Source: an uncultured Candidatus Rokubacteria bacterium (GTDB taxonomy: Bacteria; Methylomirabilota; Methylomirabilia; Rokubacteriales; CSP1-6). Taken from it: a stretch of 64,000 nucleotides of DNA. The notes below the pieces were generated by a model. The model saw only the letters and a list, made by a program, of their open reading frames with translations, did no database searches and was not told the DNA's origin. Location: the NCBI GenBank assembly GCA_963789955.1, contig CAWBMV010000034.1, positions 480,001-544,000 on the forward strand. Reading direction: 5' to 3'. Made by a program: the position numbers and the translations under genes. Of the stretch, positions 16,306 through 26,485 are shown in pieces (position 1 is the stretch's first letter; the number at the start of each line of letters is the position of its first letter).

Positions 16306-16733
16306 CACACGTCGACGATCACGCGCACCTCGTGGCGGCCGTCAGACTGGGTCACCAGCACCTGGTGGAGCGTTGCGGCCTTGACGACAGTCCCGGGCCG
16401 GTGGCGGCCAAGATCGATCTCCTCGCCGTGCAGCACGCCGTGGACCACCGTCTCCGCGCAGGCGTCGACGTCGACGCGGCGCACCACGAAGCCTTCGATC
16501 TCGTGTACGTACAGACACTCGTTGATCCAGGCGACCAGGAGCCGCTCCGGGGAGTCCGCCTGCGCTCGGACCTCGCGATGCTCGTGTTCGACAACTTGCT
16601 CGGGCGTCACGATCAGCGCGAACACTCCGAGCGCCGCTTGCGCGAACGCCTCCGCTCGCGTTTCGCCCCAGGCGTGGACGCCCACATCCGCCTCCGTCTC
16701 GAAGTGCTCCCACCCGCCGTCGCTCGGGCTCAA
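16305..16733 (-). CDS. Archease
   Basis: WEHFETEADVGVHAWG, ERLLVAWINE, VKAATLH, VIVDV C-terminus. Confidence 0.88.
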   Translation of the reverse strand: MSPSDGGWEHFETEADVGVHAWGETRAEAFAQAALGVFALIVTPEQVVEHEHREVRAQADSPERLLVAWINECLYVHEIEGFVVRRVDVDACAETVVHGVLHGEEIDLGRHRPGTVVKAATLHQVLVTQSDGRHEVRVIVDV

Positions 16734-17522
16734 CCGCTGCCCCCGAGATCACCGAACCGTGCCTGCAGCACGGCAACGATCGCCGGCCCCGCCGTCTCGG
16801 TCCGCAAAATCCGTGGCCCGACCCCCACGACCAGCCACCCCCGCGCGCGCGCGCCGTCCACCTCGTCCCAGGTGAGTCCCCCTTCGGGTCCTATGAGAAT
16901 AGCGACTCGCGAGCCGGCGGGCAGGGCGGGGGGCAGGCTCGCGGCGAGTGGGGTTCCGAGCAAGCGAGCCTGCCCCCCGCCCTGCCCGCCGGCGGCGTCA
17001 ATGGCTCCCTCCCAGAGGCAGAGCCGGAGGTCCGCGGTCTCGTCGAGGTCGAACGCGTCGGCGAGGGCGCGCGGCGCCTCGACCGGCAGGGACGACGGCG
17101 CGACCGCACTGCTTGGCCGCTTCCTTTGCGACCCGCTGCCAACGCCGGGCGCGATCCCGCCAGCGGCCGGGCTCGAGCGTGACGATGGTCCGCGCCGTCA
17201 GCACCGGGACGATGCGGGTCACGCCGAGCTCGGTCGAGGCGCGCACGATCGATTCCATCTTGTCGCCCTTGGGGACCGACTGGATGAGGGTAATGCGAAG
17301 CGGGGACTCGTGGTCGTTCGCGCCGACGTCGAGCACCGTGCCCGTCGCCTCGTCGCCGATCGTCTCGAGCCGCACGGTGTACTCGTGGCCGGCGCCGTCG
17401 GCGGCGAGCACCGTGTCGCCGGATCGGAGCCGGAGGACGCGCGCGAGATGACGCGACTCGTCGCGGTCGAAGAAGACCCGGCCGTCGCGGATGCGCTCAG
17501 GCGCGATCGTGAATCGGCGCAC
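16730..17522 (-). CDS. rsmE: 16S rRNA m3U1498 methyltransferase (frameshifted near 16990-17080)
   Basis: HLARVLRL, KGDKME...TELGV, EAAKQCGR, IGPEGG, RILRTETAG. Confidence 0.92.
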
Positions 17523-18420
17523 GGAGCTCGAGCGTGGTCCAGCCCTCCAGCGAGAACGACGCGCGGTGGGCCAGCTCGTGATCGGCCAGCGCCGCCACGA
17601 CGTCCGTCGCCTCCGCGTCGAGGATGCCGCCGAGGATCAAGGTGCCGCCCGGAGCCAGCGCGCGCCGGTACTGCTCGGCCAGTCGTCGATGGGCGGCCGA
17701 TAGCAGATTCGCCACGAGCAGCGGAGCCGGCGGCTCGCGGAGCCCCGTCGCGTCCGCCAGCACGCAGCGCACGCGGTCGGAGACGTGATTCCGGGCGGCG
17801 TTCGCCATCGCGCAGGCGACGGCGTCGGGGTCGTCGTCCACCGCGAGCACGGCGCCGACTCCGAGCCGCGCGGCCGCGATCGCGAGAATTCCCGACCCGG
17901 TCCCGACGTCGATCATGCGCGAGGGACGATCGCGCTCGACCACCGCCTCGATGGCCTCGAGGCATCCGGCCGTGGTGCCGTGATGGCCCGTCCCGAACGC
18001 GCGCCCGGGCTCGATCGTGATCACGAGCCGTCCGTTCGCCCCGTCTCCGTCCCACGGCGGGACGATCAGGAGTCGGCGGCCGACCGGTCGGGGCGTGAAG
18101 TGGGCGCGCCACGCATCCGCCCAGTTCTCGTCGGCGAGCGCCACGACCTGGAGGTCGCGCGCCGGCGCGAAGCCGAGCTCGCGCAGGCCGTCGAGATATC
18201 GCCGCACGCTCTCCTCGAGCGTGGCGGCCGCGACCGTGTCGGGGAAAAAGGCGCGAAGCGTGGCGCCGCTGCCGGGCCGCTCTTCCTCGACGACGCCGAG
18301 CGCGCCGAGCTCCCACGCGAGGTTCGTCAGACCTTCGGAGAGATCGCCGGGCACGCCGACGGTGAGCTCCCAGTAGCGGGCGGTGCGCGCCGCGGCGCGA
18401 CTGTGAATCGAGGATGACAT
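17497..18420 (-). CDS. prmA: Ribosomal protein L11 methyltransferase
   Basis: IEPGRAFGTGHHGTT, DVGTGSGILAI, ANL; dnaJ-prmA-rsmE gene order. Confidence 0.92.
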   Translation of the reverse strand: MSSSIHSRAAARTARYWELTVGVPGDLSEGLTNLAWELGALGVVEEERPGSGATLRAFFPDTVAAATLEESVRRYLDGLRELGFAPARDLQVVALADENWADAWRAHFTPRPVGRRLLIVPPWDGDGANGRLVITIEPGRAFGTGHHGTTAGCLEAIEAVVERDRPSRMIDVGTGSGILAIAAARLGVGAVLAVDDDPDAVACAMANAARNHVSDRVRCVLADATGLREPPAPLLVANLLSAAHRRLAEQYRRALAPGGTLILGGILDAEATDVVAALADHELAHRASFSLEGWTTLELRAPIHDRA

Positions 18421-18423
18421 CGA

Positions 18424-19519
18424 CTAACCGAGGAGCTTCTTCACCCGCTCGAAGAACGCCGCCGCCAGCGGGCCTCGCTCGTCTTTCGACGCCGCCTCGA
18501 AGCTCGCGAGCGCCTCGCGCTGCCGCGCGTTGAGCTTCTGCGGGACCTCGAGCACGACGCGATAGCAGGCGTCGCCGTGCCCGCGCTGACGCAGATGCGG
18601 CATCCCCTTGCCGCGGATTCGCAGGACCTCGTTCGGCTGCGTGCCGGCGGGCACCTTGAGCTTGGCCGCGCCGCCCAGGATCGGCACTTCGACCTCGTGG
18701 CCCAGCGCCAGGTTGGTGAACGAGAGCGGAAGGTCGCAGATCAGATCGGCGCTCTGGCGGGCGAAGATCTCGTGCTCGCGGACCCGGACGAGCACGTAGA
18801 GATCGCCGGAGGGGCCGCCGCCGAGGCCGCCGGAGCCTTCGCCGCTGATGCGAAGCTGCATCCGGTCCTCGATGCCCGCGGGGATCTTCACGGCCAGGAG
18901 CCGCTCGGCTCTCCGCCGGCCTTCGCCCCGGCATTCCTTGCACGGGGACCGGTTGAGCTGACCGGCGCCGCGGCACTTGGGGCAGGTCTGCGCCACCGTC
19001 AGGAAGCCGTGATTGCGGCGAACCTCGCCGGCGCCGCGGCACATGTCACAGGTCTCCAGGCGGCTTCCGGGCTCGACACCCGCTCCCGGAGCACGCCTCG
19101 CAGGTCTCGAGGCGCGGGATCTGGATCTTCGTCTCGAGCCCGGCCGCGGCATCCTCGAGGGTGATCTTCAGCTCGTACTGGAGATCTTCGCCGCGCGCGG
19201 CGCGGGATCCACGCCCGCGCCCGCCGGCGGAGAAGAAGTTCTCGAAGATGTCCTCGAAGAGCGTTCCGAAGCCCGTATCGCCGAATCCGGGACCGCCGCC
19301 CGGGCCCGCGGTGCCGAAGCGGTCGAAGTGCGCGCGCTTGTCCGGGTCGGACAGGACGGCGTAGGCCTCGTTCACCTCTTTGAACCGCTCCTCCGCGTCC
19401 TTGTTGCCGCGGTTGCGGTCCGGGTGAAACTGCATCGCGAGCTGGCGGTAGGCCTTCTTGATCTCGGCCTCGCCGGCGGTGCGCGCGACGCCGAGCACCT
19501 CGTAGTAGTCGCGCGCCAC
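18424..19519 (-). CDS. dnaJ: Molecular chaperone DnaJ (frameshift near 19090)
   Basis: [11 protein letters not shown] motif, four CxxCxGxG-type zinc-finger repeats. Confidence 0.94.
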
Positions 19520-19524
19520 CGGGC

Positions 19525-20056
19525 TCAGTTGTCCTCGTCCGGCGCGGCGGCGACGGACACGAGCGCGGCACGGAGCACGCGGTTGTGCAGCAGATAGCCG
19601 GGCATCGTCTCGCCGACCACGGTGCCGGGCTTCGCGTCCACGCTCACGACGCGAGCGATCGCCTCGTGACGGGTGGGGTCGAACGTCTGGCCGAGCGCGG
19701 AGTAGCGGGTGACACCGGCGCGCTCCAGCACCTTGAGGAGCTCGCGGTGGATCAGCTCGATGCCGCCCACGACGCCCTCGGCGCCGCCGGCGGTTCGCGC
19801 CGCGCCGAGCGCCCGCTCCAGGTTGTCGAGCACGGGGATGAGATCGCGCAGCAGCGACTCGTTCGCGTACCGGACCGACTCGTCCCGCTCGCGCTGCGTC
19901 CGCCGCTTGAAATTCTCGGCCTCCGCCAGCGCCCGCAGCAACCGATCCTGCTTCTCCTCGACCTGCTTCCGAAGCTCCTCCACCGTCTCGGCCGGACCGT
20001 CGGCACCTGGAGAGGACTCGGCGCGGATCGGGGTTCCGTGCCTTCGATTCGTCCAT
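19525..20056 (-). CDS. grpE: Nucleotide exchange factor GrpE (indel in the N-terminal linker)
   Basis: [42 protein letters not shown]. Confidence 0.93.
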
Positions 20057-20095
20057 AACAGATGAATTATAGCAGCGCCCTAGCGCGATCCCGGC

Positions 20096-20233
20096 GGGGG
20101 CCGGCTCCGGGGCGTGTGGGGCCTCCCGGGATCTGTGTAGGCAGCGTTGCCAGCACGCAGAAGCCAGGCCGGACTTACCGCGAAGTTGGCCGTCAGATCC
20201 CGGGAGGCCCCACACGCCCCGGAGCCGGCCCCC
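20096..20233. repeat. Perfect 40-bp inverted repeat with 58-bp spacer (REP doublet/MITE-like)
   Basis: GGGGGCCGGCTCCGGGGCGTGTGGGGCCTCCCGGGATCTG at 20096-20135 and its exact reverse complement at 20194-20233. Confidence 0.9.
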
Positions 20234-20248
20234 CAGCCGCCTCAACCG

Positions 20249-21274
20249 CTAGGAGGGCAGATAAAGGTCCTGGCGAACGCGCGAGAGAGCCTCGGTGACG
20301 TGGCGAGCGGTCTCGTTGACGATGGAAATGACCTCGGGGTACGGCAACCGCCGCGGCCCCACGACGCCGAGGATCCCGATGACCTGGTCCCGATAGGTAT
20401 AGGTCGACGTGATCAACGTGCACTCGCGCATCTCGGCGACCGGATTCTCGTCGCCGATCGTCACGTTCACACCTTCGCTGCCGGCGAGCTCCGTCATCAG
20501 GTCCGCCAGCCGCTCCTTCTGCTCGAACGTGCGGAGCAGCTCGCGCGTCGTCTCGAGATTCAGGAATTCCGGATGGTCGAGCATGTTGATCGCGCCGCTG
20601 ACGTAGAGCGTGCGCCCGCGCAGCACGGTGACGATCTGCTCGATGACGGCCCGGGCTCGCGTGTGCAGCGTGTCGAGCGGATCGCGCGGCTCCGCCTCCA
20701 TGTCGACGACGTCCTGCACCGTACGGCCGCTGTAGCGCCGGTTCAGCTCGCGTCCGATCGCGCGGACCTCGTCGTGGCCGAGCGGCGGATCGAGCGTCAC
20801 GGCGCGCGCGGTGACCCAGCCCGCGTCGGTCACGAGTACCGCGAGGGCGCGATCGTCCTCGAGCGGGATCAGGTCGACCCGCGCGAGGGTCGTCTGCTTG
20901 AGCGGCGGCGCCAGCAGCAGGCCGGTCAGCTTCGTCGCGGTCGACAGGTGCGAGGACGTCCGTTCCATGAACCCGTCGATCCCCGAGCGGCGCTGTGGCA
21001 AGGTGTCGCCGGATCGGGCAACCTTCGGGCTCTGGGGCGGCGGGAAGGACTCGACGTAGAACCGGTACGCCTTGTCGGTCGGCACTCGTCCGGCGCTCGT
21101 GTGGGGCTGGACGAGGTAGCCCATCTCCTCGAGGTCGGCCATGACGTTCCGGAGCGTCGCCGCCGAGAGGGTCGGGAAGTGCCGACGCGCCAGAACCCGC
21201 GAGCCGACCGGCTCCGTCGAGTCGACGTACTCACGGATGACCGCCACGAGGACGTCGCGATGTCGCGCATCCAT
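20249..21274 (-). CDS. hrcA: Heat-inducible transcription repressor
   Basis: EPVGS, SAATLRNVMADLEEMGYLVQPHTSAGRVPTDKAYRFYV, GVVGPRR. Confidence 0.95.
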   Translation of the reverse strand: MDARHRDVLVAVIREYVDSTEPVGSRVLARRHFPTLSAATLRNVMADLEEMGYLVQPHTSAGRVPTDKAYRFYVESFPPPQSPKVARSGDTLPQRRSGIDGFMERTSSHLSTATKLTGLLLAPPLKQTTLARVDLIPLEDDRALAVLVTDAGWVTARAVTLDPPLGHDEVRAIGRELNRRYSGRTVQDVVDMEAEPRDPLDTLHTRARAVIEQIVTVLRGRTLYVSGAINMLDHPEFLNLETTRELLRTFEQKERLADLMTELAGSEGVNVTIGDENPVAEMRECTLITSTYTYRDQVIGILGVVGPRRLPYPEVISIVNETARHVTEALSRVRQDLYLPS

Positions 21275-21284
21275 TAGGCGGAAA

Positions 21285-22457
21285 TTATAACAATTCGACG
21301 AAGAGCGCGTCGGACAGGAGGAACCCGGCTTCGGTCAGCCGAACGTGATCGCCCGCGTCGACCAGCAAGGTGCGCGCGCGCCACTCGTCGACCAGGCGGC
21401 GCAGGCGCGAGTCGCCGTCGAGCCGCGACTCGAGCAACGCCGCCCGAATGCCGTCGACGGTTCGCAGCCCGAGGAGAAGCCGCTCGGCCAGACGCTGACG
21501 CTCGGTCAGGTGCTCGGAGGACGCCACGGGGAGCACGCCGCCGGCGAGCGTCTCGCAGTACCGCGGCGTCGCCTTGACGTTCGCGTAACGCATCCGGCCC
21601 ACGAATCCGCAGGCGCCGGGCCCGGCGGCGAGGTATTCGGCCGCGCGCCAGTAGATCTGATTGTGGCGCGAGCGGAAGCCGGGCCGCGCGTAATTGGAAA
21701 TCTCGTAGTGCTCGAGGCCGCGCGCCGCGGCGCCGCGGGCGAGGCGCCAGTACTGATCGACCTGCGTATCTTCCGGCGGGATGCCCTCGACCCCGGAGGC
21801 GCCCCAGAGGCTGCCGGCATCCAGGGTCAGGCCGTAGGCCGAAAGATGGTCGGGCTTCCAGTCGAGCACCGCTTCGACGGCGCGAGCCCAGCCATCGACA
21901 TCGAGCCCCGGCAAGCCGTACATGAGGTCGACGCTCAGGTTGTCGCAGCCGGCATCACGGGCCGCCTCGAAGGCCGTGCGGGCGCCGCGCGCGTCGTGGA
22001 GTCGACCGAGCCTCGGGAGGATCGAGTCGTCCAGCGACTGCACGCCCAGGCTCAGCCGGTTGACGCCGGCGGCGCGGTATCCGGCCAGCTTGTCGCGCGT
22101 GACACTCTCGGGATTGCACTCGACCGTGATCTCGGCATCGGCGGCGACGTCGAATCGGGCGCGAATCCGGTCGAGCATCGCGGCCATGTCGTCGACGGCC
22201 AGGAGCGACGGCGTGCCGCCGCCGAGGAAGATCGTCGAGAGTCGCACGCGCGGCGACCACGCGATGGCGCCGAGCAGGTCGATCTCGCGACGGACCGCTT
22301 CGAGATAGCTCGCCATCGCGCCGTCCTCGAGCGGCGCGGTGTTGAAGCTGCAGTACCCGCACCGCTTCGCGCAGAACGGGACGTGCACGTAGAACCCGAC
22401 ATCCCGCGCCTCCGGCGGATTATCCGCCAGCGCCGCCGAGAACGCCCCTCGGAGCAC
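21285..22457 (-). CDS. hemW: Radical SAM heme chaperone HemW (HemN-like)
   Basis: YVHVPFCAKRCGYCSF, GGGTPS, YEISNY, HNQIYW; lepA-hemW-hrcA gene order. Confidence 0.9.
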   Translation of the reverse strand: MLRGAFSAALADNPPEARDVGFYVHVPFCAKRCGYCSFNTAPLEDGAMASYLEAVRREIDLLGAIAWSPRVRLSTIFLGGGTPSLLAVDDMAAMLDRIRARFDVAADAEITVECNPESVTRDKLAGYRAAGVNRLSLGVQSLDDSILPRLGRLHDARGARTAFEAARDAGCDNLSVDLMYGLPGLDVDGWARAVEAVLDWKPDHLSAYGLTLDAGSLWGASGVEGIPPEDTQVDQYWRLARGAAARGLEHYEISNYARPGFRSRHNQIYWRAAEYLAAGPGACGFVGRMRYANVKATPRYCETLAGGVLPVASSEHLTERQRLAERLLLGLRTVDGIRAALLESRLDGDSRLRRLVDEWRARTLLVDAGDHVRLTEAGFLLSDALFVELL

Positions 22458-22485
22458 TCAGGGCGTCCCGGACCTGGAGCGGATC

Positions 22486-22591
22486 GCACCAGGCGGACGC
22501 GAGCGCTGCGTCGCATTCCAGGGTTGTCCGCGGATGCGGAGCCGGGTCGCGTCTGACGGTTGTCCGCAGACCCGGAGCCGGGTCGCGTCTG
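22486..22591. repeat. 36-bp tandem repeat (two good copies, one degenerate)
   Basis: GGTTGTCCGCGGATGCGGAGCCGGGTCGCGTCTGAC (22522-22557) followed directly by GGTTGTCCGCAGACCCGGAGCCGGGTCGCGTCTG (22558-22591). Confidence 0.8.
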
Positions 22592-22699
22592 TCTCAGGCC
22601 ACCCTCGGTGTGCAGCCGGGCTCATGGACCCCGCTACAACAATCCCGCACAACAACAGGGCGTTCGCGCGACCCGCCACGTTCAATCACCGCGGGCGGC

Positions 22700-23380
22700 T
22701 TACGGTATATAGTTCGCGAGCCGCCACCAGCGGAGCCAGTGCCGGTCGCCATCCCACGACCAGTAGATGAGGAAGGCCTTGCCTTTGATCTTGTCGCGCT
22801 TGACGAAGCCCCAGTAGCGGCTGTCCTGGGAGTTGTCGCGGTTGTCGCCCATCACGAAATACGAGTCGGGCGGGACGATCGTCGGCTCGCAGCCGTAGGC
22901 GTAACCGCAGTAGGCCTCGCCGCCGCGTACTCCGGAGTCGGCGAACTTCGTGTACGGCTCCTGGAGCGGCTTGCCGTTGACCAGGACCTGATGGCCGCGG
23001 ACCTGCACGCGCTCGCCCGCCGTCGCGACGATGCGCTTGATGAAGTCACGCTTCTCGTCCTGCGGGTACTTGAACACGATGATGTCGCCCCGTTTCGGAT
23101 CGCGCAGCGCCGGCAAGCGCAGCTCGGTCAGCGGCAATTCGGGGCCGTACAGGAACTTGTTGACCAGGATGTAGTCCCCGACCAGCAAGGTGTCCATCAT
23201 CGAGCCGGACGGGATCGTGAACGCCTGCACCACGAGCGACCGGATGACGAGCGCGAGCAGCACCGCGATGGCGATCGCCTCGGCGTACTCGCGGACGATC
23301 GATTTCCGGCGACGCTTCGGCTCGACCGCTTCAGACGGGAGCGCGGGATGGGCTTCGATCTCGATCTTCCTCTCGTCCAT
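22700..23380 (-). CDS. lepB: Signal peptidase I
   Basis: IPSGSM, GDYILVNK, FIKR, GDNRDNSQDSRYWG. Confidence 0.95.
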   Translation of the reverse strand: MDERKIEIEAHPALPSEAVEPKRRRKSIVREYAEAIAIAVLLALVIRSLVVQAFTIPSGSMMDTLLVGDYILVNKFLYGPELPLTELRLPALRDPKRGDIIVFKYPQDEKRDFIKRIVATAGERVQVRGHQVLVNGKPLQEPYTKFADSGVRGGEAYCGYAYGCEPTIVPPDSYFVMGDNRDNSQDSRYWGFVKRDKIKGKAFLIYWSWDGDRHWLRWWRLANYIP

Positions 23381-23383
23381 GGG

Positions 23384-25174
23384 TCAGCTCTTGAGCACGG
23401 AAAGGAACGCTTCCTGCGGGACCTCTACCTTTCCGACCTGCTTCATCCGCTTCTTTCCTTCCTTCTGGCGCTCCAGCAGCTTCCGCTTCCGCGTGATGTC
23501 GCCCCCGTAGCACTTCGCCGTCACATTCTTGCCCATGGCCTTGACCGTCTCGCGGGCGATGACCCGGCTGCCGATGGCCGCCTGGATGGCCACCTCGAAG
23601 AGCTGGCGCGGGATGACCGCGCGCAGCTTCTCGGCGAGCGCCTTGCCTTTCTCGTACGCCTTGTCGCGGTGCACGATGATCGAGAGCGCGTCGACCGGGT
23701 CGCCGTTCAGCAAGATGTCGAGCTTCACGAGGTCCGACGGGCGGAACTCGGAGAGCTCGTAGTCGAACGATGCGTAGCCTTTCGAGATCGACTTGAGCCG
23801 GTCGTAGAAGTCGACGACGATCTCCGCGAGCGGGAAGTCGAACTGGATGTGGACGCGCTTGCCGTGGTACTCGAGCGAGCGATGCTCGCCGCGCTTTTCC
23901 TGAGCCAGCTTGTAGATCGCCGTCATGAACTCCGTGGGCACCAGGACCGAGGACTTCACGTAGGGCTCGTCCATCTGCTCGATCCGGTCGGGTGTCGGCA
24001 GCTTCGACGGATTGTCGATGTCGAGCACCTCACCCGCGGTGGTGAGCACCCGGTACTGCACGCTCGGCGCCGTCACGATCAGCGAGAGGTTGAATTCGCG
24101 CTCGAGCCGCTCCTGGACGATCTCCATGTGCAGCATGCCGAGGAAGCCGCAGCGAAAGCCGTAGCCCAGCGCCAGGGAGGTCTCGGGCTCGTACGTGAAC
24201 GCCGGGTCGTTGAGGCGAAGCTTCTCGAGGGCGTCGCGGAGCGCTTCATACTCCGTGTCCTCGATCGAGTAGAGTCCCGCGAACACCATGGGCTTGGCGT
24301 CGCGATAGCCGGGGAACGCCGCCGCGGTGGGCCGTAGCGTCTCGGTGATCGTCTCGCCGACCTTCGCGTCGGCGACCCGCTTGATCGACGCGGTGATGTA
24401 GCCGACCTGCCCGGCCGACAGCTCCTCGACCGGCCGCATGTCCGGGCTGAAGACGCCGACCTGCTGCACGTCGTAGGACCGGCCGTTCGACATCAACAAG
24501 ATGCGGGTGCCGGGCCGCACGCGGCCGTCGGTCAGGCGCACGTAGACGACCACGCCCTGGTAGGAGTCGTAGAACGAGTCGAAGACGAGCGCCTTGAGCG
24601 GCGCGTCCGGATCGCCCTGGGGCGGCGGCACGCGGGCGACGATCGCTTCGAGCACGTCCGGGACGCCGGTGCCGTGCTTGGCCGAGATCGCGAGCGCCTC
24701 GGAGCCGTCGAGGTCGAGCGTCTCGGTGATCTGGTTGCGCGTGCTCTCGACGTCGGCCGCCGGCAGGTCGATCTTGTTGATGACGGGGATGATGGCGAGG
24801 TTCGCGTCGCTGGCGAGGTAGAAGTTCGCCAGGGTCTGCGCCTCGATCCCCTGCGCGGCGTCGATGATGAGGACGGCGCCCTCGCACGCCGCCAGCGCCC
24901 GCGACACCTCGTAGGAGAAGTCGACGTGGCCCGGCGTGTCGATGAGGTTGAGCGTGTACTCGTGGCCGTCGCGCGCCCGATAGAGCAGGCGCACCGTGTG
25001 CGCCTTGATCGTGATGCCGCGCTCGCGCTCGAGATCCATCGAGTCGAGCACCTGATCGACCGCCTTCTTGGCGTCCATCGTCCCGGTGAGCGACAGGAGT
25101 CGATCCGCGAGTGTCGATTTGCCGTGGTCGATGTGGGCGACGATCGAAAAATTGCGGATGCGACTCAGGACCAT
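23384..25174 (-). CDS. lepA: Translation elongation factor 4
   Basis: [42 protein letters not shown]. Confidence 0.97.
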   Translation of the reverse strand: MVLSRIRNFSIVAHIDHGKSTLADRLLSLTGTMDAKKAVDQVLDSMDLERERGITIKAHTVRLLYRARDGHEYTLNLIDTPGHVDFSYEVSRALAACEGAVLIIDAAQGIEAQTLANFYLASDANLAIIPVINKIDLPAADVESTRNQITETLDLDGSEALAISAKHGTGVPDVLEAIVARVPPPQGDPDAPLKALVFDSFYDSYQGVVVYVRLTDGRVRPGTRILLMSNGRSYDVQQVGVFSPDMRPVEELSAGQVGYITASIKRVADAKVGETITETLRPTAAAFPGYRDAKPMVFAGLYSIEDTEYEALRDALEKLRLNDPAFTYEPETSLALGYGFRCGFLGMLHMEIVQERLEREFNLSLIVTAPSVQYRVLTTAGEVLDIDNPSKLPTPDRIEQMDEPYVKSSVLVPTEFMTAIYKLAQEKRGEHRSLEYHGKRVHIQFDFPLAEIVVDFYDRLKSISKGYASFDYELSEFRPSDLVKLDILLNGDPVDALSIIVHRDKAYEKGKALAEKLRAVIPRQLFEVAIQAAIGSRVIARETVKAMGKNVTAKCYGGDITRKRKLLERQKEGKKRMKQVGKVEVPQEAFLSVLKS

Positions 25175-25229
25175 CGGCTCAGTCTAACACGCGGCATCGG
25201 GGCACCCGGCGTGGGCACGGTCGGCGTCT

Positions 25230-26315
25230 TCAGCGGGTCAGCGTGGCGCGCTCGGGGACGATCGTGCCCGACGCGAGAACCATCTCGGGCCCCACGCGCG
25301 CGCCCTCGCCGATCTTCACGTCCGCGCCGATGACGCAGTCCCGGAGCTCGGCGCCGGCGCCGACCTCGACCCGCTCCCACAGGATCGCGCCCTCGATGCG
25401 CGCGTCGGCGCCGATGCGCGCCCCGTCGCCGACCACGCTCCCGGGCCCGACACGGCAGCGCGGGCCCAGGACGACGCCCGAGCCGACCACCGAGGGCGCG
25501 ACGATCCGGGCGGCCGGGTCGATGGTGCCGCCGCCGTCGAGCCAGATCCCGTCGCGGCGCTGTCCGGGCGGCGCCAGCGGCATCGCCGCGCGCCCCTGGA
25601 GCAGATCGATCTGGGCGGCGCGGTACGCGGCCGGGTTGCCGATGTCGCGCCAGTACGCGGTCGGGCACCAGCCGTAGCAGGGAACGCCGTCCGCGATCAG
25701 CGCCGGAAAGAACTCACGCTCGATCGAGCTCATGCGGTCGCGCGGGATCCGGCTGAGCAGCTGCGCGTCGATCAAATAGATACCGGCGTTGATCGTGTTG
25801 GTCGTGATCTCTTCGTCGGCGGTCGGCTTCTCGCGGAACGCCCGGAGGCGCCCGTCGGCCTCGGTCTCGACGAGCCCGTACTGACGAGGATCCGGCACCG
25901 GCTGCAGATAGATCGTCGTGCGCGAGCCGCGCGTCTCGTGCAGCTGCCGCATCTCCGTCAAGTTGGGATCGGTGAGGATGTCGCCGTTCAGCACGAAGAG
26001 CGTGCCCGAGACCAGGTCGGCGGCGTTGCGAACGCCGCCGCCGGTCCCGAGCGGCTCGTCCTCGACCACGTAGCGGAGCCTGACGCCGAGATGCTCGGCG
26101 TCGCCGAGCGCGGCGCGCACGTCGTCAACCCGGTAGGAGCACGCCAGGACGACGTCGGTCACGCCGTGAGCCCGCAGCAGCGCGAGCTGGTACGCGAGGA
26201 AGGGGCGATTCAGGAGAGGAACGACGGGCTTCGCCCGCGCCAGGGTCAGGGGGCGAAGCCGCGTGCCCTGGCCGCCGGCCAGAATGACGGCTTGCAGCGA
26301 ATCGCGGCCGGCCAC
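25230..26315 (-). CDS. NDP-sugar pyrophosphorylase (mannose-1-phosphate guanylyltransferase-like) with hexapeptide C-terminus
   Basis: ILAGGQGTRLRPLT..K, EPLGTGG, NGD, WRDIG, left-handed beta-helix repeats. Confidence 0.88.
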   Translation of the reverse strand: MAGRDSLQAVILAGGQGTRLRPLTLARAKPVVPLLNRPFLAYQLALLRAHGVTDVVLACSYRVDDVRAALGDAEHLGVRLRYVVEDEPLGTGGGVRNAADLVSGTLFVLNGDILTDPNLTEMRQLHETRGSRTTIYLQPVPDPRQYGLVETEADGRLRAFREKPTADEEITTNTINAGIYLIDAQLLSRIPRDRMSSIEREFFPALIADGVPCYGWCPTAYWRDIGNPAAYRAAQIDLLQGRAAMPLAPPGQRRDGIWLDGGGTIDPAARIVAPSVVGSGVVLGPRCRVGPGSVVGDGARIGADARIEGAILWERVEVGAGAELRDCVIGADVKIGEGARVGPEMVLASGTIVPERATLTR

Positions 26316-26485
26316 TACCTGGTGGGCGACCAGGGCTCGGCTTCGCTGATGAGCATCACCGGGATCCCGTCGCGAATCGGGTACGCCTTGCGGCAGGCGG
26401 GGCAGATGATGCGCGTCTCCTCGAAGAGGAGGTCGCCCTTGCACGCCGGACAGGCGAGGATCGCTTTCAGCTCTTCGTCGATCAT
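26315..26485 (-). CDS. Trm112/YcaR family protein
   Basis: LACPACKG...CPAC...YPIRDGIPVML. Confidence 0.88.
   Translation of the reverse strand: MIDEELKAILACPACKGDLLFEETRIICPACRKAYPIRDGIPVMLISEAEPWSPTR

Noticed and set aside
20057..20095. CIRCE upstream of grpE
   Set aside because: Only TAGC fragments; no 9-9-9 inverted repeat
22522..22591. CRISPR array (36-bp hairpin repeats with GTT...GAC ends)
   Set aside because: Copies are adjacent with no spacers, only two are good, and there are no cas genes
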